Of a stretch of DNA of 64,000 bases, positions 39,252-50,355 are shown one piece after another. Every line of letters begins with the position of its first letter. The stretch's first letter is position 1. The position numbers and the translations under genes are program-made. A model generated the notes under the pieces. It did not search any database, was not told the origin of the DNA, and saw only the letters and a list, made by a program, of their open reading frames with translations. Source of the DNA: Vicinamibacteria bacterium (GTDB lineage Bacteria; Acidobacteriota; Vicinamibacteria; Marinacidobacterales; Marinacidobacteraceae); NCBI GenBank assembly GCA_963668695.2, contig CAXXLQ010000004.1, positions 160,001 to 224,000 of the forward strand, in the 5' to 3' direction.

Positions 39252-40685
39252 CTAGCCCCCACCAGACGGTGGCCGGGAAGCGCCAACCCGGGGGTAGCGG
39301 GTGCTCACCCCACCACCGGAAACCGTGAGGGCGGGGGCAGCGCCACCCTCCGGGCCCGGTTCGCAGACCACCCGGGTGAAGGGATCGTCTTCCGGATGGA
39401 ACAGGCCATCGCCGACCGGCACCAGGCGCTCACCGAAACCGAGGAGCGCCCCGTCCTCGAAGCGGATGGTGACCGGCGCGCGGCCGGGATCGTAGGTGCC
39501 GGCGCAGCGCTGGAGTTCGGACTCGGGAAGTTCGACCTCCGCAATCTCGGGCTGCTCCATTCCCAGCACCACGCGGGCGATCCGGTTCTCGAGCAGACCG
39601 GGCCGTCCCGAGCCCGAATTGATGAGGACCGCAATGCCGAGCTCGGCCTCGGGATAGAACGCGAGCTCGGTGCGGAAGCCGTTGATGCCCCCGCCGTGGG
39701 AAATCTGGGCGAGACCGTGTTCCTCCCCCAGGCGGAGCCCGTATCCGTATTGGACCGGATCGCCGTTCACGAGGCTGCCCTGAGCCGTCATCGCCTGGTA
39801 GCTGGCGAGACTCACTACCTGCCCCGACACCAGCGCCCGCTGCCAGGCGAGGAGATCCAGGACGCTCGCCCCCAGGGAGCCGGCCGCGTAGGGCAGTTCC
39901 ATGCTCAGCGGCTCATCGTTCACGAAGCCGTTCCCTTCTCCGACTTCATAGCCTTCGGCGCGGCCGGGGATGAGGGGGCGGTTGCTGAGGTAGTGCGTCC
40001 GCTCCAGACCCAGCGGCTCGAACAGCCGCGCCGCGAGAAACGCGGGGTAGCTCATTCCCGAGAGCTGCTCGATGAGGACTCCGAGCAGGTAATAGCCCGA
40101 GTTGTTGTACTGGTAGCGGTCCCCGGGTTCGAACTCGAAGGGCGGCGCGGAGAACAGTTCCAGCATGGCCTCGTGACCGAGGTCCAGGCGGGACCGCTCC
40201 CAAAACTCGGGCATCTCCGTATAGCCCTTGATCCCCGACGTGTGGTTGAGGAGCCGCTCGACCGACACCTCGAAGCCGTGCGTGTCGTAGTCCGGCAGGT
40301 AATCGCGCAGGTCGGCGGACAAATCCAGTTTGCCCTCCTCGACGAGCAGCATGGCGGCCGCGGCGGTGAACTGCTTGGTAACCGAACCGATGCGATACAC
40401 CGTGTCCGCCGTCGCGGGCACCTCGTTCTCGAGGTCCGCGTAGCCGAATCCTCCGGCGAAAACGATCTCGCCGTCCCGCTGCACGGCCACGGAAATCCCG
40501 GGGGCGGGGTGGTTCCGGAGGGCGTCCTGGACGACGGGGTAAATCCGAGCGGCAAGTTCGCCGTCCGCCGCCATGTCGTAGTGCGCGGGGGAATCCTGGG
40601 GCTCCGGCGTACACGCAAGGAGCTGCACGGCGGCCAACAGAACGGGAATCCGGAGGAAGCGCTTTCCTGTCATGGTCCCGATCAT
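39252..40685 (-). CDS. Serine hydrolase, class C beta-lactamase-like, probable lipoprotein
   Basis: SVTK, LLNHTSG, YNNSGY, HGG; lipobox LLAC. Confidence 0.9.
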   Translation of the reverse strand: MIGTMTGKRFLRIPVLLAAVQLLACTPEPQDSPAHYDMAADGELAARIYPVVQDALRNHPAPGISVAVQRDGEIVFAGGFGYADLENEVPATADTVYRIGSVTKQFTAAAAMLLVEEGKLDLSADLRDYLPDYDTHGFEVSVERLLNHTSGIKGYTEMPEFWERSRLDLGHEAMLELFSAPPFEFEPGDRYQYNNSGYYLLGVLIEQLSGMSYPAFLAARLFEPLGLERTHYLSNRPLIPGRAEGYEVGEGNGFVNDEPLSMELPYAAGSLGASVLDLLAWQRALVSGQVVSLASYQAMTAQGSLVNGDPVQYGYGLRLGEEHGLAQISHGGGINGFRTELAFYPEAELGIAVLINSGSGRPGLLENRIARVVLGMEQPEIAEVELPESELQRCAGTYDPGRAPVTIRFEDGALLGFGERLVPVGDGLFHPEDDPFTRVVCEPGPEGGAAPALTVSGGGVSTRYPRVGASRPPSGGG

Positions 40686-40838
40686 AGGTCACCATCGAGC
40701 GGTCGGCGGAGAGGCTACGGGCGGGGCTCGAGCTCGAGGCCGACCCGCGTGAGTTGATCCTCGATTACCCGCAACGAGCGTCGAGCACGGCAGGGTCCGG
40801 CCACGGCAGGGTCCGGTAAGACCACGCGAGGCGCGAAT

Positions 40839-43319
40839 CTAAAACCGATACCGAAAACCCAGTGCTGCGACCTGCGTCTCCAGCAGGTTCTGGTAGACAG
40901 CCGTGAATCCTTGGCCGTCGATTTCCTGCTCGACCGCGAAGTTGTTGAACGCGTCGGTGAGCGTGAACACCAGCTCCGCACGGTCGCCCAGGATCGGGCG
41001 CTGGAGCGCGACATCGAATGACGACCGCGCGCGCGCGCGGCCCTGGGGCACGTTGCGGGCCCCGTAGTAGATGTAGCTCAACTGCAACTCGATGCCACCC
41101 GGCGTCTGCACCCGATTGTTGACCGTCAGATCCCAGGTGTCATCGGTCGAGGCACCCAGTACGAAGGGGCGCGGCGTCGGAAACCGGAGCGTCGTCTCGA
41201 ACGCGTCGATCGCGTTCCGGTACCAGTTGAGGCTGCCGGACACCTCCCAGGGGGCAGCGATGTCCTGATCGAAGAGAATCTCGATCCCGCGCTGCGTCGA
41301 ATTGCCGGCATTCTCGTAGACCCGGTTCACCACATCGTAGTTCGCGTTGGAATTGTCGATGGCAAAGACGCGGAAGAATGAGTCCGAAATCTGGCGAACA
41401 TACAGGGCCGCGCTTGCCGAGCCGCTCGTCCAGGAGCGTCCGTACCCGAGTTCCCCCGCGTGCGTGAACTGCGGCCGCAGGAACGGATTGCCGACCTTCA
41501 ACAGCTCAGGGTCGTCATACTTCGGAAAGATGCGTAGTTCGGCCTCGCCCGGGCGGTCGACTCGCCGATTGTAGGCGGCGATCACGCGATTGGTCGCGTT
41601 CAGGCGGTACGTCAGCCGCAGATTCGGAAACACCTCGAAGGTGTCGTACCGGTCGCTCCCGGTGTAGTAGAGGTTTTCGGTGGGAATGAGGTACGACACA
41701 TTCGTCTGCTCGACGCGGACACCCGCTTCGAACGAATAGCGAGCCCGTTCTCGGACGAGATTGCCGTACAGCGCGACAATATTTTCATTCCACTCCGACG
41801 TATCGCCCAGGCCTTCGTAGATGACGCTTTGGACGCCGCGATCCACCGTGTAGGTGACCGGGATCCAGCGGCGCTGCAGCCGGGTCCCGAGTTCCAGACG
41901 TCCGGCGCTCAACGGACGGACATAGTCGATGCTCAAGGGAAGCGTGTTCTCTTGAGCGATCAGATGCGTCATGTCGGTGCCCTGACGGACCCGCGACTCC
42001 TCGTTGAGGAAATAGGCTTCGTCCTCCCAACCTCGCGTGTATTGCAGGTTGACCCTCATCTCGTGACCCGGCGCGGCGAACTTCCGCTTCCAGTCGACGC
42101 TGATATTGGCGAAGCCGGTGTCCTCCTTCTCCCGCCAGAACCAGTAGCGCTCGCGCTCACCGGTCGACCGCAGGATGAACGGCACCTGCGCGCGGTCGGT
42201 GTGGGTCTCGAAGTCGTAGACGCCAGACACCGACAGCACGTTCGAGGCGTCGAGGGTCCAGTCGGACCCGGCGCGGACGACGTAGTGCGACTGCTCGCGA
42301 TTCTCCGGCACCTGCGACTCGATGACTCGACCGTCGTCGTAAAACCGCGTCGTGAACTCGTTGTTCGGCAGATCGTCCTGCAGAGTTAGCTCGCCCTGCA
42401 GGAAAGTGCGGACGGTGCCCGTGTTGTAGTTCAGGTTCAGACTTGGAATGCCCTTCGGGTTGTTCGCGTAGCTCCCGAGTTCGGTCGGCAGGTCGTTCCG
42501 CTGCCTCGACAACCGTCCGAGACCCAGCGACGCTCCTACGTCACCAGACAGCCCCAGTTCCTGCTCTTGTCGGTAGATGATGTTGATGATCCCGGCCATC
42601 CCGGCAGCATCGAAACGCGCGGAGGGATTGTTGATGATCTCGACGGCCTCGATGTTCGCCGCCGAGACGCTATCGAGTCCCCGCTGGTTGCCAAACCCGG
42701 TCAGACTCGACTGGCGCCCATCGATAAGAATCGCGACCCGATCGCTGCCACGCAGCGAGACCACGCCGTCCTGGTCGACGGTCACACCAGGCAGGTTCCG
42801 CATCGCGTCCAGCAAGGAACCGGTCGTCTGCGCGGCACCGTCGTCCAGGCGAAAGACCTGCGTGTCGATGCCAGCAGCCCGAGTCGCCTCCGCCGTGACG
42901 GTCACCTCTTCGGCGAACGTCTCGAAGCGGTCCAACCGGATGTCACCCAAATCGAAGACCTGGTTCAGTTCTCCGACGAAGAGCGCAACCTCCACCACGT
43001 AGTAGCCGGGAAACGACGTGGCCACCGTGTAGGTGTCCGGGGGAAGACCCTGGATGACGAAACGGCCATCCTCGTCGGTAAGCGTGCCGGTGAGCTGCAC
43101 TCCAGAGTCGACAACCTGCACAACCACGGACACGAAGCCGACCGGAGCGCCGTCCGCGGCGTCCAGAATGCGCCCGGAGACGATGGTGCCTTCCTCCTGC
43201 GCCAGGGCCAACGCCGGCAGGGACAGGAGAATGAGCAGCATCCCTGGCAGAAGGGAGTGGAGAAAGCGGAACGTCTTCAATTGAACAGTGCCTTCGTTAC
43301 CGGCGTGATTACTACCCAC
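40839..43319 (-). CDS. TonB-dependent receptor / outer-membrane beta-barrel with carboxypeptidase-regulatory-like N-domain
   Basis: LPGVTVD, VEIINNPSARFDAAG, GNPFLRP, C-terminal YRF. Confidence 0.9.
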   Translation of the reverse strand: MGSNHAGNEGTVQLKTFRFLHSLLPGMLLILLSLPALALAQEEGTIVSGRILDAADGAPVGFVSVVVQVVDSGVQLTGTLTDEDGRFVIQGLPPDTYTVATSFPGYYVVEVALFVGELNQVFDLGDIRLDRFETFAEEVTVTAEATRAAGIDTQVFRLDDGAAQTTGSLLDAMRNLPGVTVDQDGVVSLRGSDRVAILIDGRQSSLTGFGNQRGLDSVSAANIEAVEIINNPSARFDAAGMAGIINIIYRQEQELGLSGDVGASLGLGRLSRQRNDLPTELGSYANNPKGIPSLNLNYNTGTVRTFLQGELTLQDDLPNNEFTTRFYDDGRVIESQVPENREQSHYVVRAGSDWTLDASNVLSVSGVYDFETHTDRAQVPFILRSTGERERYWFWREKEDTGFANISVDWKRKFAAPGHEMRVNLQYTRGWEDEAYFLNEESRVRQGTDMTHLIAQENTLPLSIDYVRPLSAGRLELGTRLQRRWIPVTYTVDRGVQSVIYEGLGDTSEWNENIVALYGNLVRERARYSFEAGVRVEQTNVSYLIPTENLYYTGSDRYDTFEVFPNLRLTYRLNATNRVIAAYNRRVDRPGEAELRIFPKYDDPELLKVGNPFLRPQFTHAGELGYGRSWTSGSASAALYVRQISDSFFRVFAIDNSNANYDVVNRVYENAGNSTQRGIEILFDQDIAAPWEVSGSLNWYRNAIDAFETTLRFPTPRPFVLGASTDDTWDLTVNNRVQTPGGIELQLSYIYYGARNVPQGRARARSSFDVALQRPILGDRAELVFTLTDAFNNFAVEQEIDGQGFTAVYQNLLETQVAALGFRYRF

Positions 43320-43576
43320 GGCACGATCGACAACATCGATGAAAAAGACCGCTTGGCCGTCGAGTAGCTCCGTTTCGAGACGCGAAATGTCAAAGCCGCG
43401 GCACTGAAACCTCTGCTGAAGGCCCCCCTGTGCTGACGAGCCTCCTTGACCTTGATATGAGCCACCTGCCTGGTGATCTCTCCATCTTTCGATTCGGTGG
43501 CGAGGTCAGGGCAGAGGCCTATGACCCGACACTTCCGATTTGGCTTCCGCAGACTGGCCACATCCTACACGTGCTC

Positions 43577-44466
43577 GACCCGGCCGGTAAGAACAGTCTG
43601 AATCCCGAACTGGCCAGCACCGAAGGCGGAAGGACCAGCGCCGCAGACGGAAGGACCAGCGCTGCAGACGGAAGGAACTGCCGGCGTCGAACCGGAAGGT
43701 TCGGCGCCCGCCTGACGGGGGGGAAAGTGTGAAAGGGGAAACTCCCCCTTTCACAAAAAGACAGCTCCGAAGTCGGAACTCGCCGCCCATGCCGCCATCT
43801 TGAGATCACGTCGTGGACCGGCCTGGTGACAGGGCGGGAGTTCCGACTTCAGGCGCGAAGCGCCGAGCGGCTTCCGGGCGGGGTCCTTTCAGCCTGACAC
43901 AGGGATCAGCCGGACCGCGAGTACGGGCTGACCCTTTCTGGGAACCCAGCAGCCGGTGGACAAAGTCGCGCGGCGTTCAAGCGGCGATGCATCCCGGCTG
44001 AGACGCCCCGCTTCGCGCGGCTCATCGTTGCGCTTCGGTCGAAATACACCCGGTATTCCTCCCTCGCGCGCCTTGTCAGCCGGGCGCCTCGCCCCCACCG
44101 GGAGAACTGGCCGCTCTCGGCGCTCACGCCACTTTGCCCACCGGCCGCTAGACCCGGCCGGTAAGAACAGTCTGAATCCCGGACTGGCCAGCGCTGCAGA
44201 CGGAAGGAACTGCCGGCGTCGAACCGGAAGGTTCGGCGCCCGCCTGACCGGGGGGAAAGTGTGAAAGGGGGAACTCCCCCTTTCACAAAAAGACAGCTCC
44301 GAAGTCGGAACTCGCCGCCCATGCCGCCGTCTTGAGATCACGTCGTGGACCGGCCTGGTGACAGGGCGGGAGTTCCGACTTCAGGCGCGAAGCGCCGAGC
44401 GGCTTCCGGGCGGGGTCCTTTCAGCCTGACACAGGGATCAGCCGGACCGCGAGTACGGGCTGACCC
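43577..44466. repeat. Direct duplication of a multi-hairpin element (358 bp and 316 bp) separated by a MITE
   Basis: 43577-43934 nearly identical to 44151-44466; the 42-bp difference is two extra 21-bp units. Confidence 0.92.
43946..44151. mobile_element. MITE-like element, family A
   Basis: ccagcagccggtgg...ccaccggccgctag. Confidence 0.82.
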
Positions 44467-44493
44467 CGCCCGGGAGCCGCTAGACCCGGAGCG

Positions 44494-46911
44494 CTAGACC
44501 CGGAGCGCGTGACTTGGGGGGACGCGAGCGGCGCGGCGCGCAGGCAGCCAGCTCGCGAGGAGCGACACCCCGAACAGCAAAGCGGCCACCCCGAGGGCGG
44601 CTGCCGGCGCCGGCAGCGCGAAGCCGGTCAGGAGGTTGCGAACGAAGACCACCATCAGAACCATGAACGGAGCGCCGATCAGGAACCCCAATCCGGCCAG
44701 AATCGCCGCCTCGCGCATCACCAAACGCAGCAGCAACCGCGGTGAGGCGCCCAAGGCCGCCCGGACGCCGAACTCGCGGGTGCGCCGGGACACCGAATAC
44801 CGGGTGACCCCGTAGACCCCGGAACCCGCCAGACCGAGCGCGAGCAGTCCGAAGCCGACGAGGAGGACACTGATAGCGTCCAGGCCGACGCGGAACTCGG
44901 CGAGCATCTCGGGGAGCGGGCGCACGTTCGAGGTGGCGATGCTCCGGTCCACTCCGGCGATGGCTCGCCGGACATCCTCTCGAAGGCTGCCCGGGTTCAC
45001 CGTAGAGCGCGCCAGCCCCACGAACACTGGAGACGGATTCTGGGTATAGGGCAGATATACGACGCGCTCCCCCCCGAGGGTGGCGTCAAGGAAAGCGTCC
45101 TGCTTGATGCCGCCTGTGATCCCCACCACCTGCCGGATCTCTCCCGCCACCTCCAGTTGCCGCCCGAGCGCATCCTCGCCCGGCCACGCGGCCGCCGCAA
45201 AGCCGGCGCTCACGAGCAACACCGCCGGCGTCCCCGGGCGGTCGCCAGTCTCGAAGGCGCGCCCCTGGAGCAGCGGGCTCCGCAGGGTTTCGAAATAGGC
45301 CGGCGAGGCGGCAACCACCGTGGCGGTGCGCGCCGGTTGGTCCTCGCTCACCGCCTCCCCGGGCAGTGACCAAGGCAACTTCGGGGAGAAGTAGGTATAG
45401 GGAACGTGGTTCGTGAAAGCGACCGAGGTCACCCCGGGAAGCGCCCGAATCGCTTCCTCCAGCCGCTCGGCGACATCGGCCTGAGCGTCTTGGTCGAGAT
45501 ACCGGCGCTCTGGAAGGTTTACCGTGAACACCAGCAGACCTTCGGGATCGAAGCCGGGATCGGTGTTCGCAACGGACTGGAAGGCGCGCATCAGCGATCC
45601 CGCGCCGCCGAGCAGCACCAGGGCGAGCGCCAGTTGCCCGACCACCAATCCCTTGGCGATGACCCGCCGGCGCCGGCCGAGTTCCCCGCCCCGTCCCTGT
45701 TCCGAGAGTCCTCCCGACAGCGCGGCCCGCGAGGCCTGGAGCGAAGGCGCAAGCCCGAACGTCAGGGCCGCGATCACGGTGACCAGCAGCGTGAAACCAA
45801 CGACGCTGGCGTCTACGACCGGGAGGAAGTGCCGCGGCACCAGATCCGTCCCCGACATGGCTTGCCGGAGCAGGAACACCAGGCCCCAGGCGATCGCGAA
45901 GCCTGCCAGCCCGCTGCCCGCGGCCAGCAGCGCGGATTCCAGCAGGAGTTGCCGCAGCACCCGGGTCGGCGTGGCCCCGACCGCCGCCCGGACCGCGATC
46001 TCTCCCCGGCGGTCCAGCGCGCGGGCGAGGAGCAGGTTGGCCAGATTGGCGCAGGCGATCATCAGGATGAAGAAGATCGTCCCCTGCAGCAGATAGAAGA
46101 AGGTCTCCCGCGGCCCGTAGGTGAGGAGTTCGGCGAGGGTGAGCACGCGGACGCCGAAACCGCGGTTGGCGTCCGGGTAGGCCGCGGCGAGGCGATCATT
46201 CAGGACCTCCATTTCCCGTTGGGCGTCGGTGCTCGAAAGGCCCGCCCTGAGCCGCCCGACCACCATGAGGTCGCGGCGCTCCCGGCTGAGAATGGCCGGA
46301 GAAAGCTCCATCGGCGTCCACACCGCGACCCCGGCCTGAAGGAACTCGAATCCTTCCTCGAGCACGCCGACGACCTCGTGCGGCTCGCCCTCCAGCTGGA
46401 TCTGCCCGCCCACGAGAGCCGGATCGCCTCCCCAGCGGTTCTGCCAATGAAAATGGGACAGGACGGCGAGCCGCAGACCGGCCTCCGCCTCTTCCGGCCG
46501 GAACACCCGCCCGAGATGGAGGCGAGCGCCGAGCAGCGGGAAGAACTCCGCGGTCACTTCGGCGCCGCTGATCGGTTCCGGCAGGTCGCCTCCCGTGATG
46601 CTCATCGGGCGGATGCGCTGCGCGGCGAGCACCTCGAAGGACTCGGCGGTCCGCCGCCAATCGTCGAAGTTGGCCGACGCCACGGGGATGAGATCGATCG
46701 CCGGGTTCGCCGGATCGGTCTGCCAGAGCATGACCACGCGCTCCGGATCCGGATAGGGCATCGGCCGCAGCAGCAAGGCGTTCATGAAGGAAAACTGCGC
46801 GCCGTTCCCGGCGATGGCGAGCGCGAGGGAAGCCGCCGCGAGCCCGGTCAGGAGGGGACGGCTGCGCAGCGAGCGGATCGCGAACCGCAGATCGGCGACC
46901 CACTGGTTCAT
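44494..46911 (-). CDS. ADOP-type duplicated ABC permease (MacB/FtsX-like)
   Basis: DLRFAIRSL, IACANLANLLLAR, EIAVRAAVGA, REFGVRAALGA, PARRAARV; ATG overlaps the selB TGA. Confidence 0.92.
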   Translation of the reverse strand: MNQWVADLRFAIRSLRSRPLLTGLAAASLALAIAGNGAQFSFMNALLLRPMPYPDPERVVMLWQTDPANPAIDLIPVASANFDDWRRTAESFEVLAAQRIRPMSITGGDLPEPISGAEVTAEFFPLLGARLHLGRVFRPEEAEAGLRLAVLSHFHWQNRWGGDPALVGGQIQLEGEPHEVVGVLEEGFEFLQAGVAVWTPMELSPAILSRERRDLMVVGRLRAGLSSTDAQREMEVLNDRLAAAYPDANRGFGVRVLTLAELLTYGPRETFFYLLQGTIFFILMIACANLANLLLARALDRRGEIAVRAAVGATPTRVLRQLLLESALLAAGSGLAGFAIAWGLVFLLRQAMSGTDLVPRHFLPVVDASVVGFTLLVTVIAALTFGLAPSLQASRAALSGGLSEQGRGGELGRRRRVIAKGLVVGQLALALVLLGGAGSLMRAFQSVANTDPGFDPEGLLVFTVNLPERRYLDQDAQADVAERLEEAIRALPGVTSVAFTNHVPYTYFSPKLPWSLPGEAVSEDQPARTATVVAASPAYFETLRSPLLQGRAFETGDRPGTPAVLLVSAGFAAAAWPGEDALGRQLEVAGEIRQVVGITGGIKQDAFLDATLGGERVVYLPYTQNPSPVFVGLARSTVNPGSLREDVRRAIAGVDRSIATSNVRPLPEMLAEFRVGLDAISVLLVGFGLLALGLAGSGVYGVTRYSVSRRTREFGVRAALGASPRLLLRLVMREAAILAGLGFLIGAPFMVLMVVFVRNLLTGFALPAPAAALGVAALLFGVSLLASWLPARRAARVPPSHALRV

Positions 46912-48857
46912 CTGGGGGAAACTCCCGGCGCCGCGCCAGTGCGGATCTTTCGCAGGTTCCCCACCCGCACCGTCACCCGCTCGCGGTCGAGCCACTCCAG
47001 CAGCGGGATGGCGTGCTTGCGGCTCAGCCCAAAGTTCTGCTTGAACCAGGCAACATCGATCTCGGGATTCACCGTGGCCCGTTCCGCTACGGCTTGGCGA
47101 AGTCTGGCGAGCCGGGCGGCATCGAAGTAGAGGTCGGGACTTACGTCCACGGCGCGGCCTTCCCGGAGCAGCAGGCGCCTTAGGGCATCCACGAGTTCCG
47201 GCGGAACCCCGAGTTCTTCCGCCGCTTCCCCGAGGGTAGGCGGAGTGAATCCGCCTTCGTCGAGCAGCCCCGCCAGACCGTCGAGAGCGCGCTGCTCGGA
47301 ATCCGAGAGCTGGATCTGCCGGCCCGCGGTGCCGACCGTGTGGCGGGTGAGCTCGAGGGCGCCGGCGCTTGCGAGACGCGCCAGCGCGCCGTCCGCCACT
47401 ACCGCGGGGACGCCGGTCTGTTCCCGGAGTTGTTCCACCGGCATCCCGGCCCGCAGCCGGTTTTCGGTTTCCCAGGCGGTGAGCAGCGAGGTCATCCGCT
47501 CCTGCACCGCTCGCAGACTGGGCGGCGACAGGAGAACCCGTCCAGCCGCGCTGGCCGGAGCGCCGTCGCCTACCGCTTCGATCTCGCCCCGTTCGCGGAG
47601 TTCCCGAAGCACCCGTGCGGCAGCCGGCGCGCGAATTCCGAGTCGGGTGCGCAGCAACCCTTCGCTCAATCCGCGGACCCCCGCCTCGTCCACGAACGCG
47701 ACCGCGGCACGGGCGTCGGTCGCGCGATCGAGGGCGAGAACCCGCTCGTGAGCCGCCGGGCTTCTCGGAGAGCGTTTGGGGGGCAGCGCATCCAGGATGG
47801 CCCCACCGCCAATGGTGATGACCGGCGAATAACGCCGGATGATGAATCGATCGCCGCGCACCGCCGTCAACGGGGTCTCCAGGCGCAACTGGACGAGGCC
47901 GGAATCTCCGGGAGCGAGCTGCGCCAGCCCGCCGAGAACCCGCACCCGGGCGAGTGCGGTGGCGGTGCCGACGTGCAGGTGCACCCGGTTCTCGTCCTGG
48001 ACCGGTCCGGCGGCCCACGCCAGCACCTCCAGCCGGGCGTCCACCATCCGGGTGGAAGCCAGTTCGCCGGGCGCCGCGATCACCGACCCCCGCTCAGCCC
48101 GGAAACGGCCGGCTCCGGAGAGGTTGACAGCGACCCGCTGGCCGGCTTGAGCCGACTCGACGGGGGCTCCGTGTACCTGCAGGCCCCGGACCCGGGCGCG
48201 CTCCCCACCGGGGAGGATTTCCACGTCGCCACCGACCCTGACCTGGCCGGCGACGAGCGTGCCGGTGACGACCGCGCCGAAACCGCGCATGGTGAAGGCG
48301 CGGTCGACGGGCAACCGGAAGAGACCCGAGACGTCCCGGGGCCCGGCGGCGGCTGCCGCCGCTGCGAGTGCCTCCCTGAGTTCACCGAGTCCCTCGCCGG
48401 TCTTCGACGAGACGGGCACCAGCGGCGCCCCAGCCATCGCCGACCCTTCAAGCAACTCGCGCACTTCGAGGGCCGCAATCTCGATGAACTCCCGGTCCTC
48501 CACGAGATCAATCCGGGTGAGCACCACTACGGCGGACCGAACCCCAAGCAGCCGGCAGATCTCGATGTGCTCGCGGGTCTGGGGCATGACGGATTCGTCG
48601 GCAGCCACCACCAGCAGCACCACGTCGAAACCGGACGCGCCCGCGAGCATGTTGCGCACGAAGCGCTCGTGGCCCGGCACGTCCACGAAGCCGTAGGTCA
48701 CTCCCTCGTGCTCGAGATGGGCGAACCCGAGGTCCACGGTGATGCCGCGAGCCTTCTCTTCCTTCAGCCGGTCGGGATCGGTCCCGGTGAGCGCGAGGAC
48801 CAGCGAACTCTTCCCGTGGTCGATGTGGCCGGCGGTGCCGACCACCACGTGGCGCAT
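46908..48857 (-). CDS. selB: Selenocysteine-specific translation elongation factor
   Basis: [38 protein letters not shown]-terminal winged helix [13 protein letters not shown]. Confidence 0.96.
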   Translation of the reverse strand: MRHVVVGTAGHIDHGKSSLVLALTGTDPDRLKEEKARGITVDLGFAHLEHEGVTYGFVDVPGHERFVRNMLAGASGFDVVLLVVAADESVMPQTREHIEICRLLGVRSAVVVLTRIDLVEDREFIEIAALEVRELLEGSAMAGAPLVPVSSKTGEGLGELREALAAAAAAAGPRDVSGLFRLPVDRAFTMRGFGAVVTGTLVAGQVRVGGDVEILPGGERARVRGLQVHGAPVESAQAGQRVAVNLSGAGRFRAERGSVIAAPGELASTRMVDARLEVLAWAAGPVQDENRVHLHVGTATALARVRVLGGLAQLAPGDSGLVQLRLETPLTAVRGDRFIIRRYSPVITIGGGAILDALPPKRSPRSPAAHERVLALDRATDARAAVAFVDEAGVRGLSEGLLRTRLGIRAPAAARVLRELRERGEIEAVGDGAPASAAGRVLLSPPSLRAVQERMTSLLTAWETENRLRAGMPVEQLREQTGVPAVVADGALARLASAGALELTRHTVGTAGRQIQLSDSEQRALDGLAGLLDEGGFTPPTLGEAAEELGVPPELVDALRRLLLREGRAVDVSPDLYFDAARLARLRQAVAERATVNPEIDVAWFKQNFGLSRKHAIPLLEWLDRERVTVRVGNLRKIRTGAAPGVSPR

Positions 48858-48861
48858 GGTC

Positions 48862-49090
48862 TCAACCACCCGGGGGAAAAGCACCCCGCCCCGCTCTCAG
48901 GGTGACGCCTGCGCCGCATCTGGAGGTTTGTGCGCGGGCGGAGCACTTTTCCCACGGGTGGATGGCTCGGATCGCTGCGCGATCCGAGCCATCGTTTCTC
49001 GTGGGGAGGGGAAACCCCTCCCCACGCCCCACCCCCGCGGCGCTACGCGCCGCGAACGGACACGGGGAGACTTTCTCCACAGCCTGCCAA
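48862..49090. mobile_element. MITE-like element, family B, abutting the selB start
   Basis: homologous to 24762-24991 and 50104-50318; right end ctttctccacagcctgccaa. Confidence 0.75.
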
Positions 49091-49184
49091 GTGTACGGAG
49101 TAGAGAACGCCGCGAGCCAGCCGCACAACCCCTGATAATCCCCCTGACGCCTGACGCTTCCATTCCGAACGGAGGATCGAGACC

Positions 49185-50057
49185 ATGCGACGCACACGTT
49201 TCTGGAACCCCACGCTACTCACCGCCGGGCTCTCCTTGGCGCTTCCTGGCGCCGCGGCGGCCCAGCAGGGGCCCGAGAAGGGCTCCTTGGTCATCGTCGG
49301 CGGAGCGCTCCGCGACGAAGCGATCCTCGAGCGCTTCATCAGCCTCGCAGGCGGTCCCGAAGCCGCCATCGTGATCATTCCCACGGCCGGCGGCGAAGAC
49401 GACTACGACGACTGGTACGCGGGGGCGCGCCGGTTCCGGGAACTGGGCGCCACCGACATCACCGTGATCCACACCTGGGACCGGGAAGAGGCCGAGAGCG
49501 AGGAGTTCGCGGCGCCGATCACGAAGGCCCGCGGCGTGTGGTTCCCCGGCGGACGGCAATGGCGGCTGGTGGACGCCTACGCCGACACCCGCACCGAGCG
49601 TGAGCTCCACGCCCTGCTGGCCCGCGGCGGGGTGATCGGCGGTTCTTCGGCCGGTGCGACGATCCAGGGCGAATATCTCGCCCGCGGCGACACGAGCGGC
49701 AACACCATCATGATGGGAGACCACGAAGAGGGATTCGCCTTCGTTCGCGGGGTGGCCATCGACCAGCACCTGCTGGTGCGGAACCGGCATTTCGACCTGC
49801 TCGAAATCACCGCCGCGAAACCCGAGCTTCTCGGGATCGGAATCGACGAAGACACCGCCATCGTGGTGCGCGGAAACGGATTCGAGGTCATCGGACAGGG
49901 CTACGTGGCCATCTACGACAACACGCGGGTCCTGCCGAACGGCGGCGGGTTCTACTTCCTGATGCCCGGCGACCGCTACGACCTCGAGACCCGGGAACCG
50001 ATGCGCCTCCAGTTGGGGGACAGCGCGTTCCAGACCACCGTCAAGAAGAAGCGCTGA
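49185..50057 (+). CDS. Secreted cyanophycinase (peptidase S51)
   Basis: LVIVGG, IPTA, GGRQWRL, GGSSAGA, IDQH, GIDEDTA; signal peptide; GGAGG RBS. Confidence 0.9.
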   Translation: MRRTRFWNPTLLTAGLSLALPGAAAAQQGPEKGSLVIVGGALRDEAILERFISLAGGPEAAIVIIPTAGGEDDYDDWYAGARRFRELGATDITVIHTWDREEAESEEFAAPITKARGVWFPGGRQWRLVDAYADTRTERELHALLARGGVIGGSSAGATIQGEYLARGDTSGNTIMMGDHEEGFAFVRGVAIDQHLLVRNRHFDLLEITAAKPELLGIGIDEDTAIVVRGNGFEVIGQGYVAIYDNTRVLPNGGGFYFLMPGDRYDLETREPMRLQLGDSAFQTTVKKKR

Positions 50058-50103
50058 TTCCGGCGTCCCGGCGCCGCCGGCCGGGGGTTGGTGTGTTCAC
50101 GGG

Positions 50104-50318
50104 TCAACAGCCCGTGGAAAAAGCACCCCGCACTGTGCCGAGGACGAAAGGCGAACCGAATCTGGGTTTTGCGCGCGTGCGGGGCGCTTTCCCCCCGGGG
50201 TGAGGGCGCGATTCGCGCCCTCGTCTTTCGCGAGGAGGGGAAACCCCTCCCCGCACCCCTCCCCCGCGGCGCTCCGCGCCGCGAATGGACAGCGGCAGAT
50301 TTCCCCACCGGCCGTTGA
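50104..50318. mobile_element. MITE-like element, family B
   Basis: tcaacagcccgtggaaaaag...tttccccaccggccgttga. Confidence 0.78.
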
Positions 50319-50355
50319 TATCGCAAATGTCTTTGAAATGTAATATTTTGTTCAT

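Noticed and set aside
43277-43576. Short ORFs upstream of the TonB-dependent receptor
   Set aside because: No recognisable motif or RBS; at most gene remnants.
44494-48018. 1174-aa permease ORF
   Set aside because: The N-terminal part is an alternative frame of selB; the permease begins at ATG 46911.
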